From NCBI GenBank assembly GCA_009103225.1, contig RHPI01001132.1, positions 372,001 through 436,000 on the forward strand: DNA of 64,000 nt, written 5' to 3'. Positions 1-13,308 of the stretch are shown piece after piece. Made by a program: the position numbers and the translations under genes. Position 1 is the first letter of the stretch; the number at the start of each line of letters is the position of its first letter. Source of the DNA: Chlorokybus atmophyticus (Eukaryota > Plantae > Mesostigma and Chlorokybus algae). The notes beneath the pieces were generated by a model. That model did no database searches. It was not told where the DNA came from and worked only from the letters and a program-made list of their open reading frames with translations.

Positions 1-835
1 CATAGCATAGCTAAGTGCAGAGGAAGCCATGTAGGCAGCAAGTCAACCCCCATGAGCAGCAGCTAGGTCCCCTGGCACATGCTCAACACATGTGTATGCG
101 CGGGAGCAAAGGGAACGCGCGGAGCAGCGAAGGCGATGACGTCACCCCTCAGACAGTTGTTGTTAGTGTGATGGCTTCCAGCGGCGACGCGGAAGACGGA
201 GAGGGCAATGCAAATGTCGAGTCTGCAGCGCTGAAGAAGCTGGTGCGCGTGGATGCGCAGTGGCAAAGTCGGTGCAGGGGTGTGTACCTGAAGTGCTGAG
301 GAGCTGATGCGCGCGGATGCGCACGGTATTAAGTATGCCATTGCAGGTGTGCGCCTGCAGCGAGGGCAGAGCTGCGCGTGTGGATGCGGCAGCGAGGAGG
401 CTTGCGCAGGTGTTTGTGCCTGCGGCGTTGAAGAGCTGGTGGGCGTGGTTGCGCATGTCGGCGTGGTTGCTCACGTCAGCGAGGCCGGTACAAGTGTGTG
501 TGCTTGTTATGGCTTGAAGGGTGCGCGCAGATGCGTATGGTCAGCGTCGAGGCCGAGGAGCTTGTGCGTGTGTGTGCACAGCAACGGAAAGGATGGTGCA
601 AGTGAAGTCTGCAGCGTCGTGGGGCTGTTATGCGTGTGTATGCGCACGACTAGCAAAAAGGTCACCGATATAAGGAGAGGGGGTGCTACCTCCTCCCTTA
701 GTCCCCTACCCCAACACCGCCGCCGTCAGGGCTGCTGTCGGAACAAAAGATCCTTTGACTATGGCGGCGGCTGTGTTAGCAGTGCCGCCATACGGCTGAT
801 ATCCACATAACACTCATGTCTCATGTCGATATTAG

Positions 836-981
836 TGTTACAGATAAATAACACGATATTATGGCCTTAACATTAGGTTAACAGCCCTAATACGACTTAA
901 TTGGTTGTATTTACCCGTTGGGCCCCTTATTTAATTATAAATAAGAGCGGGGAACCTCTATAGAGGTAGCACTCCATTACA
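836..981 (-). repeat. Candidate 3' LTR of the chromovirus remnant (distal end uncertain)
   Basis: Starts TGTAA directly after the polypurine tract and is AT-rich with a TATA-like ttataattaaa. TAACA ends are possible at 836 or 774. No partner LTR was seen in the window. Confidence 0.4.
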
Positions 982-1131
982 TTACCCCCCATTTAGGTTT
1001 TAGTGTCCCCATTGAAGGGCCAGCAAATCCCCATTACGAGCACTGAAGACCCAAGCAGTGAGAGAATCATGGCCGAAGCGGTAAAGATGTCTGCTTGCAC
1101 CCTTTCACCGTCCGCGTGTGGACATAGCACT

Positions 1132-1491
1132 TCAGTACCCCCACAAAATTTCTTGGCAATTGGTAAGATTCCTTTCGGGCTCCCATGTCTTGTGCTCAAC
1201 ATCATACCCTTTCCATTTCACCAAGTAAGACGGCGCCCGTTTGTGTCGTGGCTTACGGTAACTTGGAATTGCTTCCACCTCATACTTAAAAACATCGTCG
1301 CCATCCACTGCAACAGGGGGTGGAGGAGGTTGAACCCGACCGTCAGAACGGTACGATTTCAATACACCCACATCAAACACATTGTGAATGCATATCGGCT
1401 TTAGCAAGTCTAAGCGATAAGCGTGAGTGCCGACCCGATCAGTAACTCTATAAGGGCCTATCCAGCGAGGGAAAAACTTGCAGGTTCCCAC
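1132..1491 (-). pseudogene. Integrase C-terminal GPY/F region plus chromodomain (fragment)
   Basis: KFFPRWIGPYRVTDRVGTHAYRLDL...HNVFDVGVLKSY, then YEVEAI...YLVKWKGYDVEHKTWEPERNL, a textbook chromovirus chromodomain. Confidence 0.9.
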
Positions 1492-2219
1492 TCCCTTGAT
1501 GGATATGTTTTTTCATTTTTTGAGCACCGAACAGCCCGCATCGTGGTTGGCCTCTCTACGATCATCAGCTTGGGCTCATCAGCTTGGGCTTTTTGTCTGA
1601 TCTACACTGCGAGCAGACAATCCTTTGCTAACGCTAACCTATCCTGCATGGCCGAAGCCATCTCGTGCGCTGCTTTTGTTCAGCTGTCAGCTGAGCAGTG
1701 TGCATGCCGTCTGCTGTGTGTCCCGTTCTTCTGGCCTGACTTCAGCTGAAACATCTTAGTTGCATTGTTGAAAGTGGGCATGGTGGCTACGCAGTGCGTT
1801 TGTTTATTGTAACCGTGTGCTTTTGGCATCATGTCACTGTTAGCGAGTGCGTACCGTACAACAACATTGACTTGTTGGAGTTTATTTAAACAAAATAATA
1901 TTGCCCAGCTTGCATGTGCCTAGTTCACATTGCTTATCACTTGGTGCTAGCGGCAGGACTTGTTTTTTTTCTTTAAACCGCAAACATGTTTATTATTATA
2001 AGATACAGAGTGTCAGGCAGTAAAATCACACAGGATATGAAGCAATGCAAGAACAAAGTTGAATTTAAGGAGTGAAGAAGAAGTTAATGCCTACGTTTGG
2101 AGGGGATAACCATTATCCCCGTTGAACGGTGCAGAGAACATTGCACGAGGCCCTGAAGTCTTGAAAACATTGAAGTGCTGCTGCTCTCTTTCCATCTTTC
2201 TCCGGAGTCGTGCAGACAA

Positions 2220-5200
2220 CTAGCCGGTCATCTTTTGAGTCTGCTCTGCATGGCATCTAGTCTGAAGGGCTGCGTACGGTTCCAATGAGTCATAACGGCA
2301 TGCGCACCTAAAGCACCGGATTGACCATAGTGTAAGGGAGTGAACAGCCTGCCAAAGTAAGTGGAATGCCGAGGATGAAGTGCGAGATCCTATGCCAAAG
2401 ATAATAGAAACATGAGAGAAGTCCAAGGTGAAGCCCATGCAGCGGAGAAGATCAGCTATCCATGACTAGTGGCTGTAAGAGAGAGGGCAGTGAACGAAGA
2501 GGTGTAATGTAGTCTTCATGCCCGGAGTGAGACAAGTCATACATCTGGGATCGAGCCTTAAATGCTGCAATTTGTCTCCTGTATACAGTGCTCCTTGGGC
2601 AATCCGCCACATAAGAGAGCGTTGCTTGCCGGTAGCTGCAAATTTATGGATGGACCTCCAGATCTGCAGCTACGGCAAGGAAGGTGCAAGAAGCAGCCAT
2701 TTTGGGAAGGCAGGAACCAGAGGGAGAGAGCGTGCACTCAGTGATCTATAGCCCGATTTTAAAGCATACTCGCACGAGGTGAGCGGAAAGATAATTGGGC
2801 TGCGGGATGGCCAGTTCACCTTAGCAGGGTCGCAGTGAAGATCTGCAAGTGGAGAGCATCCGACTACCTGGCAGAGTAAATACCTCTGCTTTGGCGGGAG
2901 AGCCAGCCAGTTAGGCGAGTTAATTGCTGGTCGAACTCTCCACCGGAGGGGCGCGGGAATAACTCTCACTTTGCATAGGGTGTGAGAGGTAGATGAGAGA
3001 GTGGCGAGTTCTCCAAACACCGCTGGCAGGACTCCGCACCGCCTAGTGAGAAGAGGATGCCTACGCTTTGTGCGCGGGAGGATGCTTCTACTAGAAAGAC
3101 TTGGCGAAGCGTTCCTGTCTGATTAAAACTCCCCTACCATTCTGCAGGTTTAGAAAGCCCGGAACCTGCTGACAACATGGACGGCCATGAAGCCGGCATA
3201 GGTGACCACAGGGAGAGCAACCCTGCAGATGTGTTGTAGGGGAACCCGGTAACAGAGTTGCGCTAGGGTGTAAGGCTTACGGAGAATGTCATCCCACAAG
3301 TCAGCAACTCTTAAGAAGCCTACGCAGGCCCGGGCCCGAAACCGCTGTTTGGAAGGGCCGGAACCCAGCACCTTGCCTCTGGCATTTTGAATGTGTGGAT
3401 TGAAGAAGAGAGGTTGGCGGAAAATTTTGTCGTAGTTGGTCGTATGGTGACGTTCTTAAGGGCACACGTCCTGCCAAGATTTAAGAATGAAGCGCCCATG
3501 GGCAGGGGGACTCTAGTGTGATCTTGAAGACCCGAAGAGTGAAGAGCTGCTGCAGGGGGCAGCCATTGGATTTGCGGGAACTTTGGGTCTATCACCCATG
3601 TCTTGAGATGGTGGAAGCCAAGCTCTTTCCATGGCGCCCAAGTTGCATCTAACAAACGTGATGCCCATTTCGCCATAAATGCTTTGGTTTAAAGTATCGG
3701 GTCTAGGATGCCAAGGCCCCCGTCTTATTTGGGGAGGCACACAACATCCCACCTGACACGGCCACTAGATGCAGGTGGAGCATCTGAAGAAGAGGACCAG
3801 AGCATTTGTGTGTGGGATCGTTTGAGAGTTTTCAAGTCAGCAGCTGAAGGCACTGAGACCGCTGCTATATACAACAAGCTGGAAAGGATGGATTGGTTTG
3901 CTATTATCGCTCTACCTAGCAGGGAGAGATAATGCTTGGACCACAAGTTCAATCTAAGTTGGACCTTCTTTAGGACAGCTTAAATCTTGAAAGAACTGAT
4001 TCTATTGAAGAGACAGCCCCAAGGGCACCCCTAGCAGTGTCGTGGCTTCTCCTTGGGGAATGCAGCGAATACCCCAAGCAGGAGGAGGTGCTTCAGAGCA
4101 GCTCTGCGAGACCAAGAAGTATGCCTACTGACTTGTAAGTCTGTAGGCAGTCTGCATATATGCAAACTGAGGACGGAGTCGGAGGCTAGGCAATAGTCAT
4201 CCATCAGAAGGGTGAATGCAGGATTTGAGTCATCATCTGTACAAATCAGCACTGCCATGTCGTCTGCAAAGGAGAAGTACCTTATCTTCAGCTCTCCCTG
4301 GACTTCCACTAAGGAAGGATCGTCATTAATAGGAAGCTCCAGGCCTTTGCAAGGGCTAGCCTTGAGGAGAGCACCCAATGCTTTTGTAGCTAATGCAAAG
4401 AGAGCAGGAGCCAAAGGACAGCCTTGCCTTACACTCCATTATAGTGAAAACTCTGAGGAAAGGAAGCCGTTGATAAGCACTAAGCTACTGCCTCCACCAT
4501 TCAAGACACGGACCCAACTCCTGAATGTGGCGGGGAAGCCTTGTGCTTGTAGAATGCTGTCAATGAAGTTCCAGTCCAAGCGATTCAAGGCTTTTTCAAA
4601 ATCCAACCGAAAAAAGGGCAACTCGTTGCTGAGAGTCAAACGCATACTGCATAAAGTCAAGGGCAGTGAGGACATTGTCTAGGATGTACCTATTTTTGAC
4701 AAAACGTTTTTACTCCATTGCCAAAACTTTTGGTAGGAGAGGGGAGAGGCGTGCTGCAAGTGCTTTTTTTAGATTAGTGTAGTGTAGCGGGAGAAGAGTG
4801 ATTGGTCTCAAGTTGCGCAAATCCCATGTGTCACCCTGTTTGTGGGAAAGCGTGATGACTCCCACTCGTTGTGTAACACCCAAAGTTTCTTGTTTAAGAA
4901 TTTCCTCACAAAAGACACTGTAGGCTTCCCCGATGATAGGCCAAGCGAGCTATCAGGCCATCCTTGCCAAGGCTTTTCTCCGGAGACATAGATAAAAGAG
5001 CAGAGTGTGACTCTGATGTAGAGATAGGTACACTCAACAAATCTGCCTTGGCTTGAGATACAACAGGAGAGACAGCCTCTACACCTCCGTAACGCTCTAG
5101 ACCTGTTTGCTGCGGGGGTGTTCGCGCTTGTGAACAGGTGTTGGTAAAACGCTTCAATAGCAACCAAGATGTCTGAAGAATTCACTAAGGGTGGGGAGTG

Positions 5201-6600
5201 GACCACAACAGAATGACTGAGAGCCCGCAATGTACAAGAGAATTTCATGTTCTTTTCCAAAGAGAAAAAGAATTTTGTCATACGCTCACCTTCTAACCTC
5301 CAGCGACTGTTGAAGCGTATGGCAGCACCTTCTAGTGACTTCTCCTTTAGCCCGCGTATACGCAGTAGAAGGTCTTTGCGGTCATGATGAAGACGCAGGT
5401 GGTCAGGTGATCTTATTAGAGCTTGCTCCCGGAGTGGGCCACGTCCATAAGCAATTGCCGCAGCATAAGATGCTGTTGCGAAGCTGCAGCCTTGCGACGT
5501 GTCTGATGTTGCTTTGCCAAAACTGCAATCAATTTCAAGCTTTTTTTTGAACCGCGTGATGTAGGCCCTGCCAGTTGGAGCCAAGGGTTGTCTTATAAGC
5601 TGCTAATTAGCTGCCAGAGTTCCTCCAAGTCAGAGAGCAACAGATGGGATCATTACGAAGTGCCGGGTCAATCTTCCAGGAGCTAGGTCCCCTAAGTGTA
5701 GATGAGGTTGGTGTGATAGTGAGGAGCACTGGCTTGTAATCAGAAAGGGGAGATTCTTCTACTAGAACCCTAGTAGTAGATACCAAGGTGTGTAGGGAAG
5801 AAGAAAAATACACACGATCTAAGCGAGCCCCTCTCCACTTCGTGCCCTCGCGGTGGTTGTCCCATGAATACACTCTCTCCATAGGAGACAGAGCTCAAAA
5901 GGTGTCTTCTATATCCTTCTCCGTGACAAAGTCAAGTAGCGAAGGTGAGGAAGAGTCGTGATCACCGCGGTGAGAGCGATCCAATAATTAGTCACAGACT
6001 ATGTTCCAATCGCCGCCTATAAGATACCAATCTGCTTGAGGCAAGGCTTTTTATGTTGTGGTGAAGAATTCCTCTAGTTTATGATGAGTGTTTGGGGCAT
6101 AGACTGAAATTATAAGGATAGTGCCACCACTCCAACGCAGCTTGAGCCAACAATGTCTGGCAAGGTATGCGATTCCACTGATGACCATTCGTGCGGGAAT
6201 CGAATGGAGACTCCACCCTTGCTACCTGTAGCATGAGACGAAATAGAGGCGCCTTCTTGGAATTTGCATAGCCAGGCTGCTTCTGAGGTAGAGTCAAGTT
6301 TAGTTCCCTACAGCAGTAAACACATATTACATGGGTTGCCCTATGAACGCAGTCTTAATATTGACACAGGCTGTTTGCTGACTCCAGACAGTGACCTGTT
6401 GTAGATAAGCCCTCGTAAATTCCATAAGTAAAATGAGAGGGGCAAGTTTCTCATTGTTGTGGTCAACAGTCAACGAGGCCCAAGACCTCTTGCAACGTGG
6501 TGTCATGCCTGTCTGGCAGAGGGAGCTGAAGCTCTTCAACCAGCGAAGAATCTGTAAGTTTTGGAGGGGTCCCAAACTAAAGAGCATGTGTGCGCAAGGC
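2220..6600 (-). pseudogene. LINE ORF2 (APE endonuclease, reverse transcriptase, zf-RVT), disrupted
   Basis: EN: DWYLIGGDWN (~6005-6035), ARLDRVYFS, SPLSDYKPVLL. Linker: SRWRLEGERMTKFFF. RT: RLDFEKALNRLDWNF, VRQGCP(*)APALF, YFSFADD. C-terminus: LYTGDKLQHLRLDPRCMTC...TTLHLFVHCP and LLWQAVHSLTLWSIR. Confidence 0.9.
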
Positions 6601-6749
6601 TCTTACCAAAAAGGCGGAGGTAGGGTTGAGAAGTGTCTCAAAGTCTCCTTGCACTGCGAACAGCTTGGGAAGATGAAGCTAAAGAGAGTCCGCTCTCTCT
6701 GATCTGTTCGGGCAGGAGGAGTCTTGCGCTGACATCCAGGCGCCAACCT

Positions 6750-9283
6750 AAAGTTTTGTCGAGTGCGGGAGGCCTTCTTGCTTTATGGCGTCACACAGGA
6801 CAGAAAGATGCTGTAGGCCAATGTTTTGTCTCATATTTTTCGGGTAATCAAGGTCCAGAGAAGAAAAAGCGGAGGACTGCACGTCAACGTCATCCTCAGC
6901 CAACAGCGGAGTAGTTGGCAGGTCAAAGGGGTAAGGTGAGTGTTGAGAAGTGCGCTTAACTCCTAGCCACCAAGCCGCTGCCGAACATCTCAATGAGAGC
7001 ACTAGAAGTTGGGGGTTTGTGGTTGTGGACAAGGGAGATTTCGATGGGGAAAGGAAACGGGTTCTGACTGTAGGGGGTGATCCGGCAGCCAAGTTGATAT
7101 TGTTGCCTTTGGCCCTGTCATCTGTGACAAGTCTAGAATACGCTTCGCTACTGGTCGGCCAATAGTTGCCATTGTTGTGTCCGTGATTGCAGGTAATATA
7201 GTCTCTAGTATTGGAGAGAGCTGCATGTGTGCTTCTTGCCATTGCTTGAAAGCAGGGAAAAGAGTAGTACGTAGAGTTGGTGTGGCCTGTAGCAGTGGAG
7301 CTGAGAAGAAGTTGTTCCCAGTCTGCTCACTTGCAAAGCCGTTGTCCATCCGCACCAACATGTGTATTGTCAAGAGAGGGCATAAAGGCTAGAAGATACA
7401 CGATGGAGGAGCGTTTTCCGTCCCCGCACCAGCTGTATGTTGTTAAGGCCGTAGTCAAGTGTCCATCTCTTTTGTAGCAGTGTTGACCGGAAAGCCAACC
7501 TGTTCTAGAGATGCTCTGATGCATTGTCTCAGCCACTCCTCCGCAGAGGCATCAGCAGCAGTCGTCGGTGTTATGCGAGAGATGTGCATGCCCGAAGTTT
7601 AGCCGATGTCCGTGAGAAGAACTTTGGGGAGACCAGCTGCTGACAATATCTGGCTGGTGATACATGGCACAATGTAGGCAGCAGCTATAGGGTTGCCGTC
7701 CATTGTCAAGCCTGCTTCTTCGAGTAGGGGTAGGAGCTGGTGTGCAGATTCAGAGTGAGACCGAAGTTGCTCCTGCTCCAGCTTTGTTGCCTCTACTTCA
7801 TCCGCCCAGCTTTGGTGCGAGGTAGGAGAGAACATGCTACTCACCGTAGGGGGCGGAGCATGCGCGGGGTCCGGAGGTGAGGGGTGGGGTGATTGCGGGG
7901 AGATAATGTTCTGTTTGTCTCTTTCCGTTGGTCACCAGGCTCCAACCTTCAGGATCTTCTTCCAAAGGCCTTCTTCCTTTAGCTAGTGCAGTTNNNNNNN
8001 NNNNNNNNNNNNNNNNNNNNNNNNNNNNNNNNNNNNNNNNNNNNNNNNNNNNNNNNNNNNNNNNNNNNNNNNNNNNNNNNNNNNNNNNNNNNNNNNNNNN
8101 NNNNNNNNNNNNNNNNNNNNNNNNNNNNNNNNNTGCAAGACTGGAAGAGAGTGGGGCTGAGTCAAGGGGCGTCGTTGTGGTTGGGTGCAGGGGGTGACGA
8201 GGTTGTGGTGGAGGTGTGAATATTGTAGTGATTGGTGATGCAGCTGCCAGCAGAGCTGGAGGGAGGGCATGCTGTGAACTTGCTCTGTTTACAGCTGTTG
8301 TGTTAAGAGGAGGGAGGTGTGGTGCTATACCAGGCGCAAGAGAGACCTGCACTTCGCGGGGGACATACATTTGGCGCTGGACCTTCTGTTGCACTGCTCA
8401 AGGAAGAGACGCACCAGGAGGGGGATTGGCTTTTTCTGTGACTTGCTTGCGGGGAAGCTGGCAGCGAGATCTTGTATGGCCGTCTTTGCCACAATTGAAG
8501 CATCTTGGGGGGGTGGAGGGGGTAATTACATCTATTGTTTAGCTCATCCAATGGTTGTCAACTTGAACGCGGAATGTGACCCTCTTTAGCGGTGTGACTC
8601 TAAGCAGAAGGGTAAAGCAATATCTGGTGCTAGATGTTTCAAAGGGAAAAGCCAGCCCTGACGGTTGAGGGAGAGGAGAGCCAAGGTAACCAAACCATAG
8701 TGGCATGAAGGAAGGGTAATAAGTCCGGACGTAAACCCAAGAAAGAGACCTAAAATCTGGAGGAGTTGGAGTCTTGCCACGGGAGAACATTAACAGCTTT
8801 GCCATTGAATAAAAGAAGGGACTTTTTCTGTGCACAAGCATTGATTTGTGCTGCCCCTGCAGCAGATGTGAAAACACAATGTAATTCTCCGGCTTGCATA
8901 GGAAAGATGGATGAGAGCAATGAACCACTAACTCCATCCGCACACACCGACTGCAGCCACGCAATTCTCGCACTAATAGCTGAATCTAGGTCGGGGGTGA
9001 ATACGAATGTGAATATTAAGGTGCACGAACGCAGAGCCTCACGCCAATCAACATATGGATTAGGCGAGATGGTAACAGCAAGATAATGATCAGCATCTAC
9101 AGGTGAAACGTCTATCAGATTAGAGCGCGTCTCAAGTAAAGTTGAGTACTCAGCTGGGGTCTTTGGGCCTCCGTTGGAGGCCCCTCCAGTGGTTGGGGAG
9201 ATGCCCGGTGTAACGATGCTCGTGCTCACATACACAGCACACAAGTCATACAACACATGTGTGCAGCTGAGCACAATCTTCAC
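6750..9283 (-). pseudogene. LINE ORF1 (gag-like) remnants, disrupted, contains an N-gap
   Basis: Lies between the presumed 5' UTR and the EN domain. Fragment 8750-9283 aligns by eye with a second copy at 20586-20993. There is a Pro/Thr-rich linker at 7837-8394. Confidence 0.6.
7994..8133. other. Assembly gap (N run)
   Basis: N bases. Confidence 1.
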
Positions 9284-11702
9284 ACCGAAACCTTGCCTTC
9301 ACTCGCGCATGCACGCACGCGTCGAGCGCGCACACGCACACGAACACTACTACTTCTCACGCCAAGCAAGAACGCAGCAGTGTGCCTTGGACCACAACTC
9401 CCTCAAGCATGCACCAGCATACTCACAGCAGAGAGTAGAAAACAAAGTTGGTTGCATTACACAGGGTTTTTCTATTTATACAAGCACTTAGAAAGAAATA
9501 GCCTAATTACCAGGCATTTCATTATTCACTACCAAATCTAAAGGCAGGTCCAAGTGCAGGCTCCCCGCCACGCGCGTTGGGCCTTCGGCGGCTGTGTGAC
9601 TGTGCAGTCCGCGTCACCTGGCACTGCACAGCGCGTGTTCAGTCAGCGGCTGTGTCACAACCGCGTGGCAGGTGGGTCACGTCGCAAAATTAGCTGCTGT
9701 CGAGCAGGCCGCAGGCGCGTCGCGCGCGGCAGCAGGGGCAGGCGCCACATGGGCTTAATAAAGCTCATAAAAGCCCTCATCAAGCCAGCAAAAAAGGCAA
9801 AATAAGTACTTTATGTACAATAAAATACAAAAAATGCCCCAGGCTGTTACACCCGGGGAAGGCTTGTTATCTGGATGATGCTCATTTCTTACCGACGATG
9901 CAGAGTAGTTCCTTGAGGGGGGAGCAAATATCTTGCAGAAGGGCCAGCTTGCAGCTGTGGGTACGATTGTAGAAGAAGAGGGAATTCGTCCTGCATCGAG
10001 ATGATGGCGATTCCTCCTCTATGGATGAGTAAACAGCGGAGTTGCTTACTAAGGTCGGGGGCCTATCTTCTATACACTCCATCGACGCAGCGCTGGCCTA
10101 GCCAGCGAGCATCATTAGAAAATGCTCTTAAATGCCAAGTTGGGAGCAAATTGCTTAAGCGCGGGGGAAAGCAACTCTGGCCAGGGTCAGTACACGCACA
10201 ATCGCAGCTTCACAGCGCTTGGCCAAGACGGCCGCGCTCAGCTCCTGTGCATAGCCTTCGCATAGCACGCATTATCCCTCACCACGCCGCCGCCTTTGCC
10301 CTAGGAGCAGCGTCGCCGCTGCTGCAACGGTCAGATATAGCCGCTGCACCGCCGTCGCCAGAATACAAACCTAAACCCGCCGTCGCTCAGCTGGTGGGCA
10401 AGCGGCTAGTTTGGGCGGAGCCCAGTCAAGCCCCCTCCCCTTTTACGCCGCCCAGCAGCGACGTTCAGCGGCAGGACTTCTGTTGCAGCGGTGCCATTGC
10501 ACATCTTCTATTGTGTTCCTTGTGTGCACGGTGTACAATGCTGCTGTGCACTTACCATGTGTCCCCTGCAGGGTGTATGTGCAGCCGGAAGAGTTGAAGG
10601 TCTAAGCGCCGAGCACCGCAATATTATGACGCGTACAATGGGCCACAGGTGCACATGGTCAGTAAAGTTATTCAATCACGCCCATGTCATGCCTATCGCC
10701 CAAGCATGCCAGTCGTCATCGGGCATGCCTACAGCGAGACCCTCGCCCGGCTTACCAGCATGGCGACCCGCGCGCGTCACTGACCAGTAGCTAGGTCATG
10801 TCTCTAGAGTAGCTCATGACCATAGCCTACACAGGCACCGCGCGTAGCTGTACAGTTGTGAGTTCAGTTATAAGTTGGGTTCTATATCGAGTGGGGATTT
10901 CTTGTGGAAATAGCCTCGATATGACCGTTAGCTTATGTTCTGGACAGTCATGAGTTGACTTGTATAAGTAGGCACAGTGTTCACCGGATCAGCTGGTGAC
11001 ACTGTAAGTGAGAAAGCTAAGAGCTTGTGAAGCGACTTGAACTACAAAACACACCGTCCCGGTTCCCAAGAATCCCCTCACCGTGTGAGAGCCTGTGCAT
11101 GTTCTTGTGCACTGTGCTTATCTTTGCTGTGAGCTTTGTGTACTTGGTCGTGGTGTGCTTGTTGGCATCAGTCAAGGCATAGCATCCACGTGTTGCTTGC
11201 TCATTCACCTCACTTAACAGTGTAAATTCTCTTCCACTCATGCAAAAACCTGTGTAAACAGCACTACCTATAGTAGTGGCTTGTTGACTTATAGTGTCAC
11301 CCTCTTTGCTCAAGTGAGTGTAGTTGCAGGCTGTACATCAGCATCGCAATCTGTAGTTGTACACATCGCAGTGCATTGTTGTCACCGTCATCGCATAGCG
11401 CGCACAAGCGCTAGTGTGTTGGGTGATAGCAGCATTGGAGATCCCATTGTAGAGCACAAACACTCTACCTTTCATCCACTTTCACCATCGCATCAGCTGT
11501 ATGAGCAGGCCCACCCCTTTCTCGCCAATAGAAGAAGGGAACTCCAACAGCTGGAGCCCAACCTCCAACCTTACCTACGAGCGCGCAAGTGAAGGGAGCG
11601 ATTACCGTAGCAGCAGAGGCTCACGCCCCGTCTCCGGCTTCACCTCCTCTCACTCCTTGACAACGAGCATCTCCACCACCGTCGGACAGTGACGACGAGG
11701 AG

Positions 11703-13308
11703 ATGGAGCCTTCCAGCTCAACCAACTCCCTACGCTTCTCCGGACGCCCTGGCACCACCTCATTTGACGAGTTCATCATCAAGTTCCACTCCAAGATGCG
11801 GCAGCAAGCCTTAAAGAGCAAGGACTGGACAGATGAGGTATCGTTTCATGTGTCCGCTCAATACCTTGATCACGAAGCACATGATGTGTGGAAGTCCGTC
11901 GCTGAGTTGCACAAGATTGATGGCTATGGCGAACTGGCCAGCACAATATCCTCCACGTCACTGCATAGCCCATCGGTTACTGTCCCTGTAGCAGCGGCCC
12001 CACTAGCCTCAGTCACGGGTCTCACTCTAGCTGCAGCCATGGAGAAGGCAGAGAATGAAGAAGTTGAGGTGGTAGTGGCCTCATTGACTCCTGCAGAGAT
12101 CGAAAGCAAGAAGGCCGAGCGCCGGATCAGGATACTCAACCGCACCGCTGCCATCATCAGGGAGCAACAAGAGGAGCAGCAAGCTGCAGCGTTGGAGATG
12201 GGTACGCCCCTGCTACCAACACCGAACTCGCGTTCTCCAGTTGGAGGCAGGTGTTTTCACCCTCGGCTCAGTGGCATTGCGTGCACCCGCGCTTACGGTG
12301 GGCGCGGTCATGTCGGACTCCTCGTTGAAGGACCTCTACGCCGCACTCCGGCGCACCTTCCCACCTCAAACCAACAGCAAGGTGGAGGAGTTGAGGCGTT
12401 TTCAACGGAAGCCCAACAAGGACCCTCTCCGACTGTATTCACGGTTGGAAGGGTTGCTTAAAAACACTGACTACAAGATCGTCAGTGAGGAGGCGGCAGC
12501 AGTGGTGTATGTGGCCGAGTTGGATCCCACCCTGAGCGAGTCCACGCGCCTGACGCTGAACTACAGCAGGCCCCTCGGCTACACCCTCAAGGAAGCTTTC
12601 GAGACTGCACAAGCCATCCACAAGCGCGCAGTGTATGAGAAAGCGGTGCTGGACACCAACCGCAGTGCCTCGCGGCCTATGGCAGGCACAAGTGCAGAGC
12701 CTCTTCTGCGGGACCGCAGCCGAGAGCCGCAAGGTATCCACAACAAGGATAAACGGCCAGCTCATGCTGCCCTTGTGGCTCCAGTGCTGTGCCACCGGTG
12801 TGGTCGACATGGCCACTACCAAAAGGAGTGCACCCAAGATTACGGCAACCTTGTGTGCGACTACTGCCACAAGACGGGACACTTGGAGACAGTATGCTGG
12901 CTCAAGTTCCCTGAGCTGCGGCCCTCTATTGGTTACAACAACGGCAACAACGATGTTGGCTACCGCGGCAACAACAACAACAACAACAACGTGGGCTACA
13001 ACAACATCAACCACGCTGGCGGCTACAACAACAGCAACAACGCTGGTGGTCGCAACAATGGCAACAACGCTGGTGGCCACAACCCCAACAACAACAACAA
13101 CGCTGGGGCCCGCAAGGAAGAAGCTGGCTACAAAGGGATAAACCGCCCTCCACAGCACAAAGGACCTGAGGGACGTCCTCGCGCTGGAGCTGCTGCTATA
13201 AAGGCACCAACCAATCCACCAGCTATTGTCCAAGTGGCAGCCCTGATGGCGCGTGGCACAGCTGGAGGGGAACAAGGAGCAGGACTATCAAGCCTGCTAT
13301 GCTGCTAG
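11703..13308 (+). pseudogene. Gag with two CCHC zinc knuckles (frameshift near 12240)
   Basis: RFSGRPGTTSFDEFIIKF...YLDHEAHDVW, then LRRTFPPQTNSKVEELRRFQRK, and CHRCGRHGHYQKEC plus CDYCHKTGHLETVC. An Asn/Gly-rich tail follows. Confidence 0.85.

Larger units (their letters stand above)
836..1750 (-). mobile_element. 3' remnant of a Ty3/Gypsy chromovirus-type LTR retrotransposon (integrase C-terminus, chromodomain, PPT, probable 3' LTR)
   Basis: Minus-strand translation AAHEMASAMQDRLALAKDCLLAV*IRQKAQAD (~1580-1680) matches the helix after the integrase core. ORF 1132-1491 carries the GPY motif and a chromodomain. A purine tract AAATGGGGGGTAA is followed by TGTAA at 981. The left boundary is only a guess from the TGTAA...TAACA termini. 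Confidence 0.8.
1960..9500 (-). mobile_element. Near full-length, degenerate L1/Tx1-clade LINE (~7.5 kb)
   Basis: Poly-T run at ~1962-1974 (poly-A tail on minus). ORF2 remnants lie in the canonical order EN - linker - RT - zinc finger, with ORF1 remnants upstream. Many stops and frameshifts. The 5' end is approximate and no TSD was identified. Confidence 0.88.

Noticed and set aside
760-792. Small hairpin tatggcggc...gccgccata
   Set aside because: 9-bp arms are too short to call a terminator or element end. Similar short palindromes at ~47143-47163 and ~53440-53458 were also left uncalled.
9845-11219. Possible solo LTR (TGTTA...TAACA termini)
   Set aside because: Flanks CAGGC and GTGTA give no target-site duplication and there is no second copy in the window, so it is not supportable.
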